Shown here: piece after piece, positions 28,211 through 36,731 of the stretch | How positions within the stretch are numbered: position 1 is the stretch's first letter | Layout: the number at the start of each line of letters is the position of its first letter | IMG/VR virus record: IMGVR_UViG_3300020419_001035 | Span: 1 to 37,500 of that record | Source of the DNA: a virus | Lineage: Duplodnaviria; Caudoviricetes | Strand: one strand, 5' to 3' | Length of the DNA: 37,500 nucleotides | Program-made: the position numbers and the translations under genes | The notes under the pieces: generated by a model | What the model was told of the DNA's origin: nothing | What the model saw: the letters and a program-made list of their open reading frames with translations, nothing else | Database searches by the model: none

Positions 28211-29398
28211 ATGAGACCCAAGTCGTTTTTCATTAACGGTGGTGCAGGCCGTGTAATCTGCTCCATACCTGCATTCGAAAAATATGCAGAAGACCATCCA
28301 GACGAAGACTTCGTTATTGTCTGCGAAGGTGGTACAGATTTTTTTAAAGGTCATCCTATTCTACACAGGAAATGCTACGATCACTGGCATAAAGATCTTT
28401 TCGAAGACAAGATTAAACATACAGATATAGTTACACCAGAACCATATAGAATCTGGCATTACTATAATCAAAAATGCAACCTATCTCAAGCATTTGACAT
28501 TGAGATCAATGGTTTGTCGGAACCAAGAGAGTTACCTAAACCATCAGTTAAACTTTCCAGAGAAGAAGAAACAACTGGAATCTTTATTGTAGAAGAGGTT
28601 CGTCAAAGAACTAAGAAAAAGAAAACCATAGTCTTCCAACCATTTGGTAGAGGAGTACAGGTTGCTGGTAATATTATTATGGATACTTCTGGAAGAAGTT
28701 TCGAATATAATAATGTCATCAGTATTCTTAAAAAATTACAGAAGAAGCATTCTGTTGTTCTTCTCTCGGAACTAAGTATTGATTTTGAGAAGGAAGGATT
28801 TACAGAAACTGTATCTCATCCACAAGGTAGATCTTTAAGAGAACTTGCTGCTGTTATTAAACAAGCAGATCTATTTGTTGGTTGTGATTCTGTAGGACAG
28901 CATATTGCGAAAGCATTTGATAAACCAGCAGTTGTAGTTGTTGGATCTACATTCAAAGAGAACATTAGTTATCCAGAAGATAAGAAATTCTCTGTACTTG
29001 ATATGGGTGAGGGTCTAAGAGTATACGATCCTATTCGTATCACTATTGATGAATACACCAACCGAGTCAATGACCGTATCATGGCAATGAATGATAAGGT
29101 TGAATCTGTCATCATGCAAGAGGTTGATAAACTAATGAAGAAGCATTATAAATCTTCTGATAAAGTTATCAGACTTCCTGATGAGATGCAGCAAAATGTA
29201 GATCAGACTCTTGCTATGGAGGAAGAGTATAAGAAACAGAAGGCTGCTGGTAACGTACCTATGCCATCTTTAGGAATAAAGGAACCAAAGAAATCAAACA
29301 ATCCAAATCTAATTCCAGCATTAATGGCTGATCAAACTGATATCAAACCATTAAGTAAGACTCCATCTGGATTTGCCGACGTATTAAAAACAAAGTGA
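28211..29398 (+). CDS. GT9-like (heptosyltransferase-type) GT-B glycosyltransferase
   Basis: N-terminal GGAGRVICSIPA, IVFQPFG, and the C-terminal GT9 signature SLRELAAVIKQADLFVGCDSVGQHIAKAFDKPAVVVVGST. Confidence 0.8.
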   Translation: MRPKSFFINGGAGRVICSIPAFEKYAEDHPDEDFVIVCEGGTDFFKGHPILHRKCYDHWHKDLFEDKIKHTDIVTPEPYRIWHYYNQKCNLSQAFDIEINGLSEPRELPKPSVKLSREEETTGIFIVEEVRQRTKKKKTIVFQPFGRGVQVAGNIIMDTSGRSFEYNNVISILKKLQKKHSVVLLSELSIDFEKEGFTETVSHPQGRSLRELAAVIKQADLFVGCDSVGQHIAKAFDKPAVVVVGSTFKENISYPEDKKFSVLDMGEGLRVYDPIRITIDEYTNRVNDRIMAMNDKVESVIMQEVDKLMKKHYKSSDKVIRLPDEMQQNVDQTLAMEEEYKKQKAAGNVPMPSLGIKEPKKSNNPNLIPALMADQTDIKPLSKTPSGFADVLKTK

Positions 29399-29405
29399 GG
29401 AAATA

Positions 29406-31106
29406 ATGATTATTTTAGCGGTTGCACGTGGTCATAACGGTAGCACAACCTTGATGGTTGACGGTGAGATTGTCTTCTACTTAGAAGAAGAACGCCTTAC
29501 TCGTTTTAAATATGACGGATCTCCTATGTTAGGTATCCTTAAAGCATTTGAGTATGTTGATCACATTGATCATCTAGTTGTATGTCATACACATAGATCT
29601 GGTCCTAATTTAGATTGGACTGGTGAGCATATGTATGAAGGATTTGTAAGAAAGATTGCTCGTAAAAAGTTTGACTTTGAAACAACTTATCTTGATTTAA
29701 ATCACCATGAAATGCATGCTTCATGTGGTTTCTATAATTCTGGATTTGAATCTGCTGCATGTGTTATTGCAGATGGTGCTGGAAGTTTCTTACAAATGAA
29801 AGAAGTTCCAGATACATTATATGAATTTGAAACTATCTTCCATGCAGAGTATCCAGAAGAGTTTGAACCAGTATGGAAGCATGTAGGAACTAAGGCTGCT
29901 ATTGGTTTCCATGAACCAGAACCTAATACATTCATTACTGAATATCCTGGTCATACTAAAATGTATGAAGCAGTAACACAGTATTGTGGGTTCCCTGCTA
30001 TTGAGGCAGGTAAACTTATGGGTCTTGCACCATACGGAAAACCTAATGATGAAATACCATCATTCTTTAATGGGGAATGGGGTAACAGAGATTTGATTGT
30101 TCCAACATATCCTAATGCTGCTACTATCAATGAAGCTCGATTCGACATTCTCAAGAATGATCAACGCCAGCAAACTAAAGGTAAGATTATAGAGCACACA
30201 GAAGTTCAGAAGGATATGGCATATAAGATTCAGGAACAAACATCTGAACGTATGTGTCAATTAATTGAGAAAGCAGTTGAGTTAACTGGTGAAAATAATG
30301 TTGTAGTCTGTGGTGGTTATGGTCTTAACTGTGTAGCAAACTATAAGTATTGGGAACGCTTCCCTGAACTTAACCTATATTGTGAACCTATTTCACATGA
30401 TGGTGGTACATCTATTGGTGGAGCATTATGGAAGTGGCATCAACTTACTGATAGTGAAGAACCTAGAAAACAAGCATCTGTTTACTATGGTCCTCAGTAT
30501 GATCCTGCTACTTATAATGAAGCTATTGCTGGTCTAGATGTAAAAGATACTGATTATGATTCAGTTGCTGCACTTATTCGTGAAGGTAAAATTGTTACGA
30601 TCTTTCAAGGAAGATCCGAAGGTGGTCCTCGTGCTTTAGGTAATCGTTCTATCTTATTTGATCCTACTATTAAGGATGGTAAGGATATTGTTAATGGTGT
30701 TAAACATAGAGAATGGTTCAGACCATTTGCATGTTCTATTAAAAAAGAACATGTACATGAATGGTTTGATCTTCAAGGACGTGAAGAAACACCACACATG
30801 ATGTATGCTGTAAAATGTCATGATGGTATAGAAGAAAAAATTCCATCAGTAATTCATGTAGATAACACATGTAGAATTCAAACTGTGACAGAGGAACAAA
30901 ATGAACACTACTATAAGCTCATTGATGCTTTCCATAAGATTACAGATGTACCTATACTCTTTAACACTAGTTTCAATCTTGGAGGTGAACCTCTTGTTGA
31001 AACAATCTATGATGCGTTAGAGACATTAGAACATAGTGAGATCGAATACATGTATCTCCCAGAAATTCAAAAACTAGTTAAGGTTCCTAACAAGTCCGAT
31101 GACTGA
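29406..31106 (+). CDS. O-carbamoyltransferase, NodU/CmcH/TobZ family (copy 1)
   Basis: EEERLTRFK, HHEMHA, DGAG, GKLMGLAPYG, GGYGLNCVAN, DGGTSIG, EGGPRALGNRSIL, KHREWFRPFA, HVDNTCRIQTV, FNTSFN. Confidence 0.95.
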   Translation: MIILAVARGHNGSTTLMVDGEIVFYLEEERLTRFKYDGSPMLGILKAFEYVDHIDHLVVCHTHRSGPNLDWTGEHMYEGFVRKIARKKFDFETTYLDLNHHEMHASCGFYNSGFESAACVIADGAGSFLQMKEVPDTLYEFETIFHAEYPEEFEPVWKHVGTKAAIGFHEPEPNTFITEYPGHTKMYEAVTQYCGFPAIEAGKLMGLAPYGKPNDEIPSFFNGEWGNRDLIVPTYPNAATINEARFDILKNDQRQQTKGKIIEHTEVQKDMAYKIQEQTSERMCQLIEKAVELTGENNVVVCGGYGLNCVANYKYWERFPELNLYCEPISHDGGTSIGGALWKWHQLTDSEEPRKQASVYYGPQYDPATYNEAIAGLDVKDTDYDSVAALIREGKIVTIFQGRSEGGPRALGNRSILFDPTIKDGKDIVNGVKHREWFRPFACSIKKEHVHEWFDLQGREETPHMMYAVKCHDGIEEKIPSVIHVDNTCRIQTVTEEQNEHYYKLIDAFHKITDVPILFNTSFNLGGEPLVETIYDALETLEHSEIEYMYLPEIQKLVKVPNKSDD

Positions 31107-31740
31107 CCATTTTGAAGATATCTTAGTTATTGATGATGTAATCAGTCCAAGATATCAGGAGCATTTAAAACAAACAGTAATGGATTCAAAGTTTCCATGG
31201 TACTTCAATCGTGATATAACATCACCACTGTGGTATTGGGAACAAAATAAACTTAATGATTCCAAGCTTGATGTAGAGGATGCTTCGTTTACTGGGTTTA
31301 TGCACATCCTTTGGGGGAGAGAGGGTAAGGAATCTGAGATGTATGATATCTTCGTTCCTCTCTTGTACTCGATGGAAGAAAAAATCAATATGACTATCAA
31401 GGATCTTGTTCAATTAAGATTGGGTCTCTTTACATTGAACAAGAACAAACAACCTCATCATGTTCCACATGTTGATTATCAGGATGATGGATTGAAATAC
31501 ACGGCAATCTATTATCTTAATGATAGTGATGGTGATACTCATTTCTTTAATGAATTTCTAGATCCTAATATCAAGAGGTTCATTAATGGGTATGACCCCA
31601 GTCTCTTTACCGTTGCTAAAACTGTGAAACCTAAATCAGGTAGATTAGTTTTATTTGATGGTCGAAGATATCATGCCTCTCGCTATCCAGAGAGCACAAC
31701 TGAACGTTTAGTTTTAAATATAAATTTTAATCCTGCTTAA
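31099..31740 (+). CDS. 2OG-Fe(II) oxygenase
   Basis: PHVD...TAIYYLNDSDGDT..F...PKSGRLVLFDGRRYHAS...RLVLNINF (HxD...H...R). Confidence 0.85.
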   Translation: MTDHFEDILVIDDVISPRYQEHLKQTVMDSKFPWYFNRDITSPLWYWEQNKLNDSKLDVEDASFTGFMHILWGREGKESEMYDIFVPLLYSMEEKINMTIKDLVQLRLGLFTLNKNKQPHHVPHVDYQDDGLKYTAIYYLNDSDGDTHFFNEFLDPNIKRFINGYDPSLFTVAKTVKPKSGRLVLFDGRRYHASRYPESTTERLVLNINFNPA

Positions 31741-31742
31741 TT

Positions 31743-33467
31743 ATGTGGATACTTGGTGTTAATAGATCTCATGATGCTGCTATCTGTCTCATGAAGGACA
31801 ATGAAATTGTATTGTCTTTACAGGAAGAAAGATTAACACATGTCAAATATGACAGGGAAGTATTTAATGCTCTGGATAAAGTAGCTGAAATCACTAAAGA
31901 AATTGACCTATGTGCTTATACACATTTGTACAATACTAAAAATGATTTCGGACCTTACTTTAAATATATTAAGAAGATAGGGATTAAGGTTCAACGGTAT
32001 GTAGAAGCAAAGGATTACCACCATTCTCTACATGCCTCTTGTGCGTTCTATAATTCAGGATTTGATAAAGCAGGTATACTTGTAATAGATGGTGCTGGTG
32101 CTGACCATGAGTGGGGTAAGGAGCATGAGAGTATCTTCTATTTCAATGAAGATCCTAATGCAGCAGAATGTTTAAGTCAAAAGGTTATTGGATATAATAA
32201 TCAACCAATTGAGAATGCACCGTCATATGTAGATGATACAAGAAGTATTGGTGTTGGGATGGTTTATTCTAGTATCACAGATTATTTGGGATGGGATGGT
32301 TTAGCGTGTGGTAAAACTATGGGTATCTCTTCATATGGAGAACCCAATGATAAAATTAAATCAATGATATCTGATAGAGGAGGGGATCAAGACAGGTTTG
32401 CTTTAGCAGATTTCAATGAACATAAAAATGTGATGGTAAAGGTACTTCCTTATGATTACATATCATATTCTAAGGATGAAGATGATAAGTTTAAAAGACA
32501 TGCAGATCTAGCATGGAAAATGCAAAATGAATTTGAAGAATATGTGTACCAAAGGATTATGGATACACAAAGATTAACTGGGTCTAATAATATTATCTTT
32601 ACTGGTGGGTGTGCTTTAAATTGTGTTGCTAACTATAGAATATTAAGAAGGTTACCAAAAGAAATTAATCTATATGTTGAACCTATGTCTAGTGACTGTG
32701 GTACTGCTATGGGGGCAGCGTATATAACTTATGTAAGAGAGTGTCGTAAACTTGCTAGAAAGAAAAAAATAAGACCATTAAAGAATCTATATTTTGGACA
32801 ACCTTTGAGGTATAATTATGAATTGCAACAGAATGAATTTAGGGTATGCGAGGCTACACCTGAAAGAGTTGCTGAACTAATCAGTGAAGGCAATGTTGTT
32901 GCTATTGCTCAAGGCAAATCTGAGAATGGTCCTCGTGCTTTGGGTAATCGTTCTATACTGTATGATCCTCGTGCTGTAGATGGAAAGGATGTTGTTAACA
33001 AAGTAAAGAAGAGAGAGTATTGGAGACCGTTTGCTGGTACGGTACTTGCTGACCATGCACAGGAATGGTTTGATATGGATAGGTTATATGAATCACCACA
33101 TATGATGTATGCTGTTGATGTATTAAAATCAATGATAGAGAAGATACCATGTATCACTCATGTTGATGGAACATGTCGTATTCAAACTCTTACAGAAGAA
33201 CAGAATCCAAACTACTATAAATTAATAGAGGCATTCTATCATTTGACAGATGTTCCTATTCTATTCAACACATCTTTTAATCTAGCTGGCGATACTATAG
33301 TAGAAACTATAGAGGATGCATTAAAGACTATGAGAGAAAGTGAGATATGTTATCTTTACTTACCTGAGAAGAGTGAATTATTATTCTTTCCAGATGTAAA
33401 AGAATCAACTGTTGACCTAATACAAAAAGAAAATAGATATCTAAAAAACTACTATGGAATTAACTGA
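31743..33467 (+). CDS. O-carbamoyltransferase, NodU/CmcH/TobZ family (copy 2)
   Basis: SHDAA, QEERLTHVK, HHSLHA, DGAG, GKTMG, GGCALNCVAN, ENGPRALGNRSIL, KKREYWRPFA, HVDGTCRIQT, FNTSFN. Confidence 0.95.
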   Translation: MWILGVNRSHDAAICLMKDNEIVLSLQEERLTHVKYDREVFNALDKVAEITKEIDLCAYTHLYNTKNDFGPYFKYIKKIGIKVQRYVEAKDYHHSLHASCAFYNSGFDKAGILVIDGAGADHEWGKEHESIFYFNEDPNAAECLSQKVIGYNNQPIENAPSYVDDTRSIGVGMVYSSITDYLGWDGLACGKTMGISSYGEPNDKIKSMISDRGGDQDRFALADFNEHKNVMVKVLPYDYISYSKDEDDKFKRHADLAWKMQNEFEEYVYQRIMDTQRLTGSNNIIFTGGCALNCVANYRILRRLPKEINLYVEPMSSDCGTAMGAAYITYVRECRKLARKKKIRPLKNLYFGQPLRYNYELQQNEFRVCEATPERVAELISEGNVVAIAQGKSENGPRALGNRSILYDPRAVDGKDVVNKVKKREYWRPFAGTVLADHAQEWFDMDRLYESPHMMYAVDVLKSMIEKIPCITHVDGTCRIQTLTEEQNPNYYKLIEAFYHLTDVPILFNTSFNLAGDTIVETIEDALKTMRESEICYLYLPEKSELLFFPDVKESTVDLIQKENRYLKNYYGIN

Positions 33468-34092
33468 TTTAATATATGAAGAAAAAGGTTTTCTATCTCA
33501 AGAAGATTGTGATGGATGGAAGAATTGGTTCTGGACTAATCAAAGATTTCATGAAGAAGGAGGTGTTGGAGTAGGTGAAGTTGATACTGAACATAAAAAA
33601 GCAAAGCAAGTAGTTCCTATTATTGGACAAGATTTCTGGTGTCAGTTAGCATCTGAAGCTGATCGTGCTATTAATCATTATTATAAGTGGGGTGTTAAAG
33701 ACAAACTTCTTTGGAGAGCACCCCTAGTATCTTACGATCATTCTATTAGATGTTATGAAAAAAATAATGGGTTCTTTAGGGATCATATTGACATATCCCC
33801 TATGGATCCACTTTTATTATCAAGACTATATGCTATGATAATTTACTTGGATAGTGTTAGGGGTGGTGGGGAAACTGAGTTTCCTGATCTAGATTATAAA
33901 TGTGAAGCTGAGCAAGGAAAACTTTTAATATTCCCTTGCAATCAGTTATATCCACACAGAGGTAATAAATCTACAATGGATTCAAAGCATGTCGTAACTG
34001 CTTTCTTCTGTGCTGATATTGATGCACCACATCTAAAACAACAACAGCATCCTAATCAACTACATGGAAATCTATATGCAAAGTACACATGA
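33454..34092 (+). CDS. 2OG-Fe(II) oxygenase, prolyl-4-hydroxylase-like
   Basis: FRDHID...IIYLDSVRGGGETEFP...QGKLLIFP....YPHRG...K. Confidence 0.85.
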   Translation: MELTDLIYEEKGFLSQEDCDGWKNWFWTNQRFHEEGGVGVGEVDTEHKKAKQVVPIIGQDFWCQLASEADRAINHYYKWGVKDKLLWRAPLVSYDHSIRCYEKNNGFFRDHIDISPMDPLLLSRLYAMIIYLDSVRGGGETEFPDLDYKCEAEQGKLLIFPCNQLYPHRGNKSTMDSKHVVTAFFCADIDAPHLKQQQHPNQLHGNLYAKYT

Positions 34093-34484
34093 TTATTTGG
34101 GTTAATGGTTGCTTTGATGTTCTCCATAGAGGACATTTTGAATTGCTAAATTATGCTAGGTCTTTAGGATCTATGCTTATAGTTGGTATCGATACTGACA
34201 GAAAGGTCAGAGAAGACAAAGGATCAGATAGACCTATCTATCCATTAGAGGATAGGAAGTATCAATTAAGTTCTTTGAAAGCAGTGGACGTAATCCATAC
34301 GTTCGATTCAAGACAAGAGCTTGAAGAATTGATAAAAATCATAAACCCTGATATACTAGTGGTAGGTTCTGATTGGAAAAACGGAGACGTAGTAGGACGT
34401 GAGTATGCAAAACGAGTTGAATTCTTCGATAGGATCGGAGAATATTCCACAACAAGGACAATACAAGGTCATCGTTATAGGTGA
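34089..34484 (+). CDS. hldC: Heptose-1-phosphate nucleotidyltransferase (HldC / RfaE domain II-like)
   Basis: NGCFDVLHRGH (HxGH), LIVGIDTD..V...KG.DRP, L.AVD.I..F, PDILVVGSDW, YSTT. Confidence 0.85.
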   Translation: MIIWVNGCFDVLHRGHFELLNYARSLGSMLIVGIDTDRKVREDKGSDRPIYPLEDRKYQLSSLKAVDVIHTFDSRQELEELIKIINPDILVVGSDWKNGDVVGREYAKRVEFFDRIGEYSTTRTIQGHRYR

Positions 34485-35241
34485 GACTTGTATAGACAAA
34501 TACGTTTATGGCAGGTGTACAAGGTTAAGTCCTGAAGCACCTGTACCAGTAATGGAATACATTCGTACTGAAACAGCAGAAGGAATGGCAAGTAATGTAA
34601 GACAAAACCTCTTGTCATTTGGTGTGGATGTATATTTGATGACCAATGAATTAAAACCAGTTAAGACTAGATTTGTAGATGAAAGATCTAATCAACAACT
34701 GATGAGGATGGATGAGGATGATGAGGTTGCTGACTATGGATGGGATTTACCAACTGGTAATACCTATCCTACTAACATACATCATCATGCACTACCTTTA
34801 GGAGAACCATTTGATGCCATGATCATATCTGATTATGACAAAGGATTCTTAGATACAGAAAAGATATTTGAACTGGTAGAAGCATTTAATGGTCCTGTAT
34901 TCATAGACAGCAAGAAGACTAAACTACCTAAGAAAGGATGCTTCATTAAGATCAATGAGTTAGAAGACTCTAAGTTGAAAGGTATATACAGAAACAAAAT
35001 TGTTACTAAAGGTAGTGCTGGTGCTGAATATAAAGGAATTATATATCCTGGTGAACATGTTCCTTGTTTTGATGTAGCAGGGGCAGGTGATACTTTCTTG
35101 TGTGCTTTGGTTTATTTCTACCTAGAGTATGGTACAATAGAGAAAGCTATACCTTATGCTAATAAGGCTGCTGCAATAGCAGTACAAAATACTGGCACAT
35201 ACGTTCTTTCTGGAGATGATATAGATGAGATACTGCTTTGA
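34405..35241 (+). CDS. hldA: Heptose-7-phosphate kinase, PfkB family (HldA / RfaE domain I-like); start uncertain (GTG 34399 or ATG 34405)
   Basis: VIGETCIDKYVYG...RLSPEAPVPV, KTRF, ISDYDKG, KINELE, DVAGAGDTF, ANKAAAIAV...GT. Confidence 0.85.
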   Translation: MQNELNSSIGSENIPQQGQYKVIVIGETCIDKYVYGRCTRLSPEAPVPVMEYIRTETAEGMASNVRQNLLSFGVDVYLMTNELKPVKTRFVDERSNQQLMRMDEDDEVADYGWDLPTGNTYPTNIHHHALPLGEPFDAMIISDYDKGFLDTEKIFELVEAFNGPVFIDSKKTKLPKKGCFIKINELEDSKLKGIYRNKIVTKGSAGAEYKGIIYPGEHVPCFDVAGAGDTFLCALVYFYLEYGTIEKAIPYANKAAAIAVQNTGTYVLSGDDIDEILL

Positions 35242-35569
35242 TATAGATGGTACTATCTGTACACCTGGTGATGGGTGTGGTACTTGTCAGTATGAAGGTG
35301 CTACTCCTAAGAAAGATAGGATAGCAGCAGTTAATAAACTATATGATGAGGGTCACTACATAATATACATGACTGCTCGTGCTATGGGTAGGAATAAAGA
35401 TCTCCCTCATGCAGAAGCAGCAGTAGCAGCAGAGGACTTGTTAAGACCTCTCACTCAAGCACAATTAAAAATGTGGGGTGTTAAGTATCATGAGTTAATC
35501 ATGGGCAAACCCCATGCTGATTTCTTTATCGATGATAAAGGTTTAAACGATGAGGACTTCTTTGCATGA
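35225..35569 (+). CDS. Small capless HAD-family phosphatase (GmhB-equivalent candidate)
   Basis: FDIDGT (DxD), TAR, GKP..D.FIDDK. Confidence 0.8.
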   Translation: MRYCFDIDGTICTPGDGCGTCQYEGATPKKDRIAAVNKLYDEGHYIIYMTARAMGRNKDLPHAEAAVAAEDLLRPLTQAQLKMWGVKYHELIMGKPHADFFIDDKGLNDEDFFA

Positions 35570-35907
35570 AGATCGTACAAAAAGGTTGGGGATATGAAAA
35601 GTGGATCTGCAATTCTGAAATGTATTGTGGAAAACTTTTATATTTTAATGCAGGTAAGAAGTGTTCATATCATTACCACAAGATTAAAGATGAAACATTC
35701 TATGTTCAGAGTGGTGAACTAAAGATGACCTATGGTCATAGGGATGACTTTATAGATGCAGACACAATTATATTAAAACCAGGAGATAAGTTTTACATAC
35801 CTCCTGGTCTTAGGCATATGATGGAAGGCATCACAGACGTTGAACTATTTGAATTTTCTACCGAGCATTTTGAAGAAGATTCGTATCGGGTTCTTCGGGG
35901 CGATTGA
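35566..35907 (+). CDS. Cupin sugar isomerase-like protein
   Basis: KGWGYE.W, SYHYHKIKDETFYVQSG, LKPGD...IPPG..H; ATGA-coupled to the upstream gene. Confidence 0.8.
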   Translation: MKIVQKGWGYEKWICNSEMYCGKLLYFNAGKKCSYHYHKIKDETFYVQSGELKMTYGHRDDFIDADTIILKPGDKFYIPPGLRHMMEGITDVELFEFSTEHFEEDSYRVLRGD

Positions 35908-36682
35908 TGTAATCTTCAACGTTGGTGAAGTTATAACCTTCAGCCCACGCCATATCTGCACAAGTATAATACTGATACTTCCCTTGTAAATGTTCGGGGA
36001 AGTCAATCTCTTCTATCTTTGCATCGTATTTACTACAAACAATATCAGCAATATCTCTAAATGAGTGTGGATGTCCTGTGCCAAGATCAAACATTCCTGA
36101 TCCTCCCTTCTGGTTTAGAACAAGGTCAACAACATCATCAACGTAAATAAAGTCTCTAATCATCTTCTCAGAATTTTTAAAGATCTTAATCTTCTTAGTC
36201 ATCTTTGCTTCAGAAACAAATTTGCTAATAGGACTACGTTGGTTTCCTTTGTGCTCTTCACCTTCTCCATATACATTGAAGAATCTAAACCCTTGAATAT
36301 TTTTAAACTTTTCAATATTGTCATAAACCCAGTAATCAACTTGCAATTTTGAAATTGCATAGTAATTTAGTGGATTCATTGAACCAGGAAGGTTTCCATA
36401 TACTGATGCTGAGGAAGCATACTTGACTGGTATACCTAGTTCAATTGCTTTTTTGAATAGTTTAATAGAAAATTCAGTATTGTATATTGTAATTTTTCCA
36501 ATATCAGTTTCTGTTGTTGAAGAGATTGCTCCCATATGGATGATCTCATCTACCTGATCCCAGATTGGTAGGTTGTCAATTAACTGAAAACAATTCTGCT
36601 GTTCTATTCCAATGTAGTCCTTTCCAAGTTTATCGGCAAACTTTTTTCCAATAAACCCATTAAATCCAGTAAGAATTTTCAT
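35858..36682 (-). CDS. hldD: ADP-L-glycero-D-manno-heptose 6-epimerase-like extended SDR
   Basis: TGFNGFIG, HMGAISSTTETD, YASSASVYG, PLNYYAISK (YxxxK), GFRFFNVYGEGEEHKG, RDFIYVDDV, YQYYTCAD. Confidence 0.85.
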   Translation of the reverse strand: MKILTGFNGFIGKKFADKLGKDYIGIEQQNCFQLIDNLPIWDQVDEIIHMGAISSTTETDIGKITIYNTEFSIKLFKKAIELGIPVKYASSASVYGNLPGSMNPLNYYAISKLQVDYWVYDNIEKFKNIQGFRFFNVYGEGEEHKGNQRSPISKFVSEAKMTKKIKIFKNSEKMIRDFIYVDDVVDLVLNQKGGSGMFDLGTGHPHSFRDIADIVCSKYDAKIEEIDFPEHLQGKYQYYTCADMAWAEGYNFTNVEDYINRPEEPDTNLLQNAR

Positions 36683-36694
36683 TTCAGTCTAACT

Positions 36695-36702
36695 TATAAA
36701 TA
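36695..36702 (+). promoter_or_regulatory. T4-type late promoter
   Basis: TATAAATA upstream of ATG 36732. Confidence 0.75.
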
Positions 36703-36731
36703 AACATGATTGTAATATAAACCCTAAAGTT

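Noticed and set aside
1331-34450. Numerous 60-145 aa minus-strand and off-frame ORFs (e.g. 6347..6778, 8093..8488, 10378..10674, 17163..17600)
   Set aside because: Shadows of well-supported + strand genes, expected from codon bias; no motifs or RBS.
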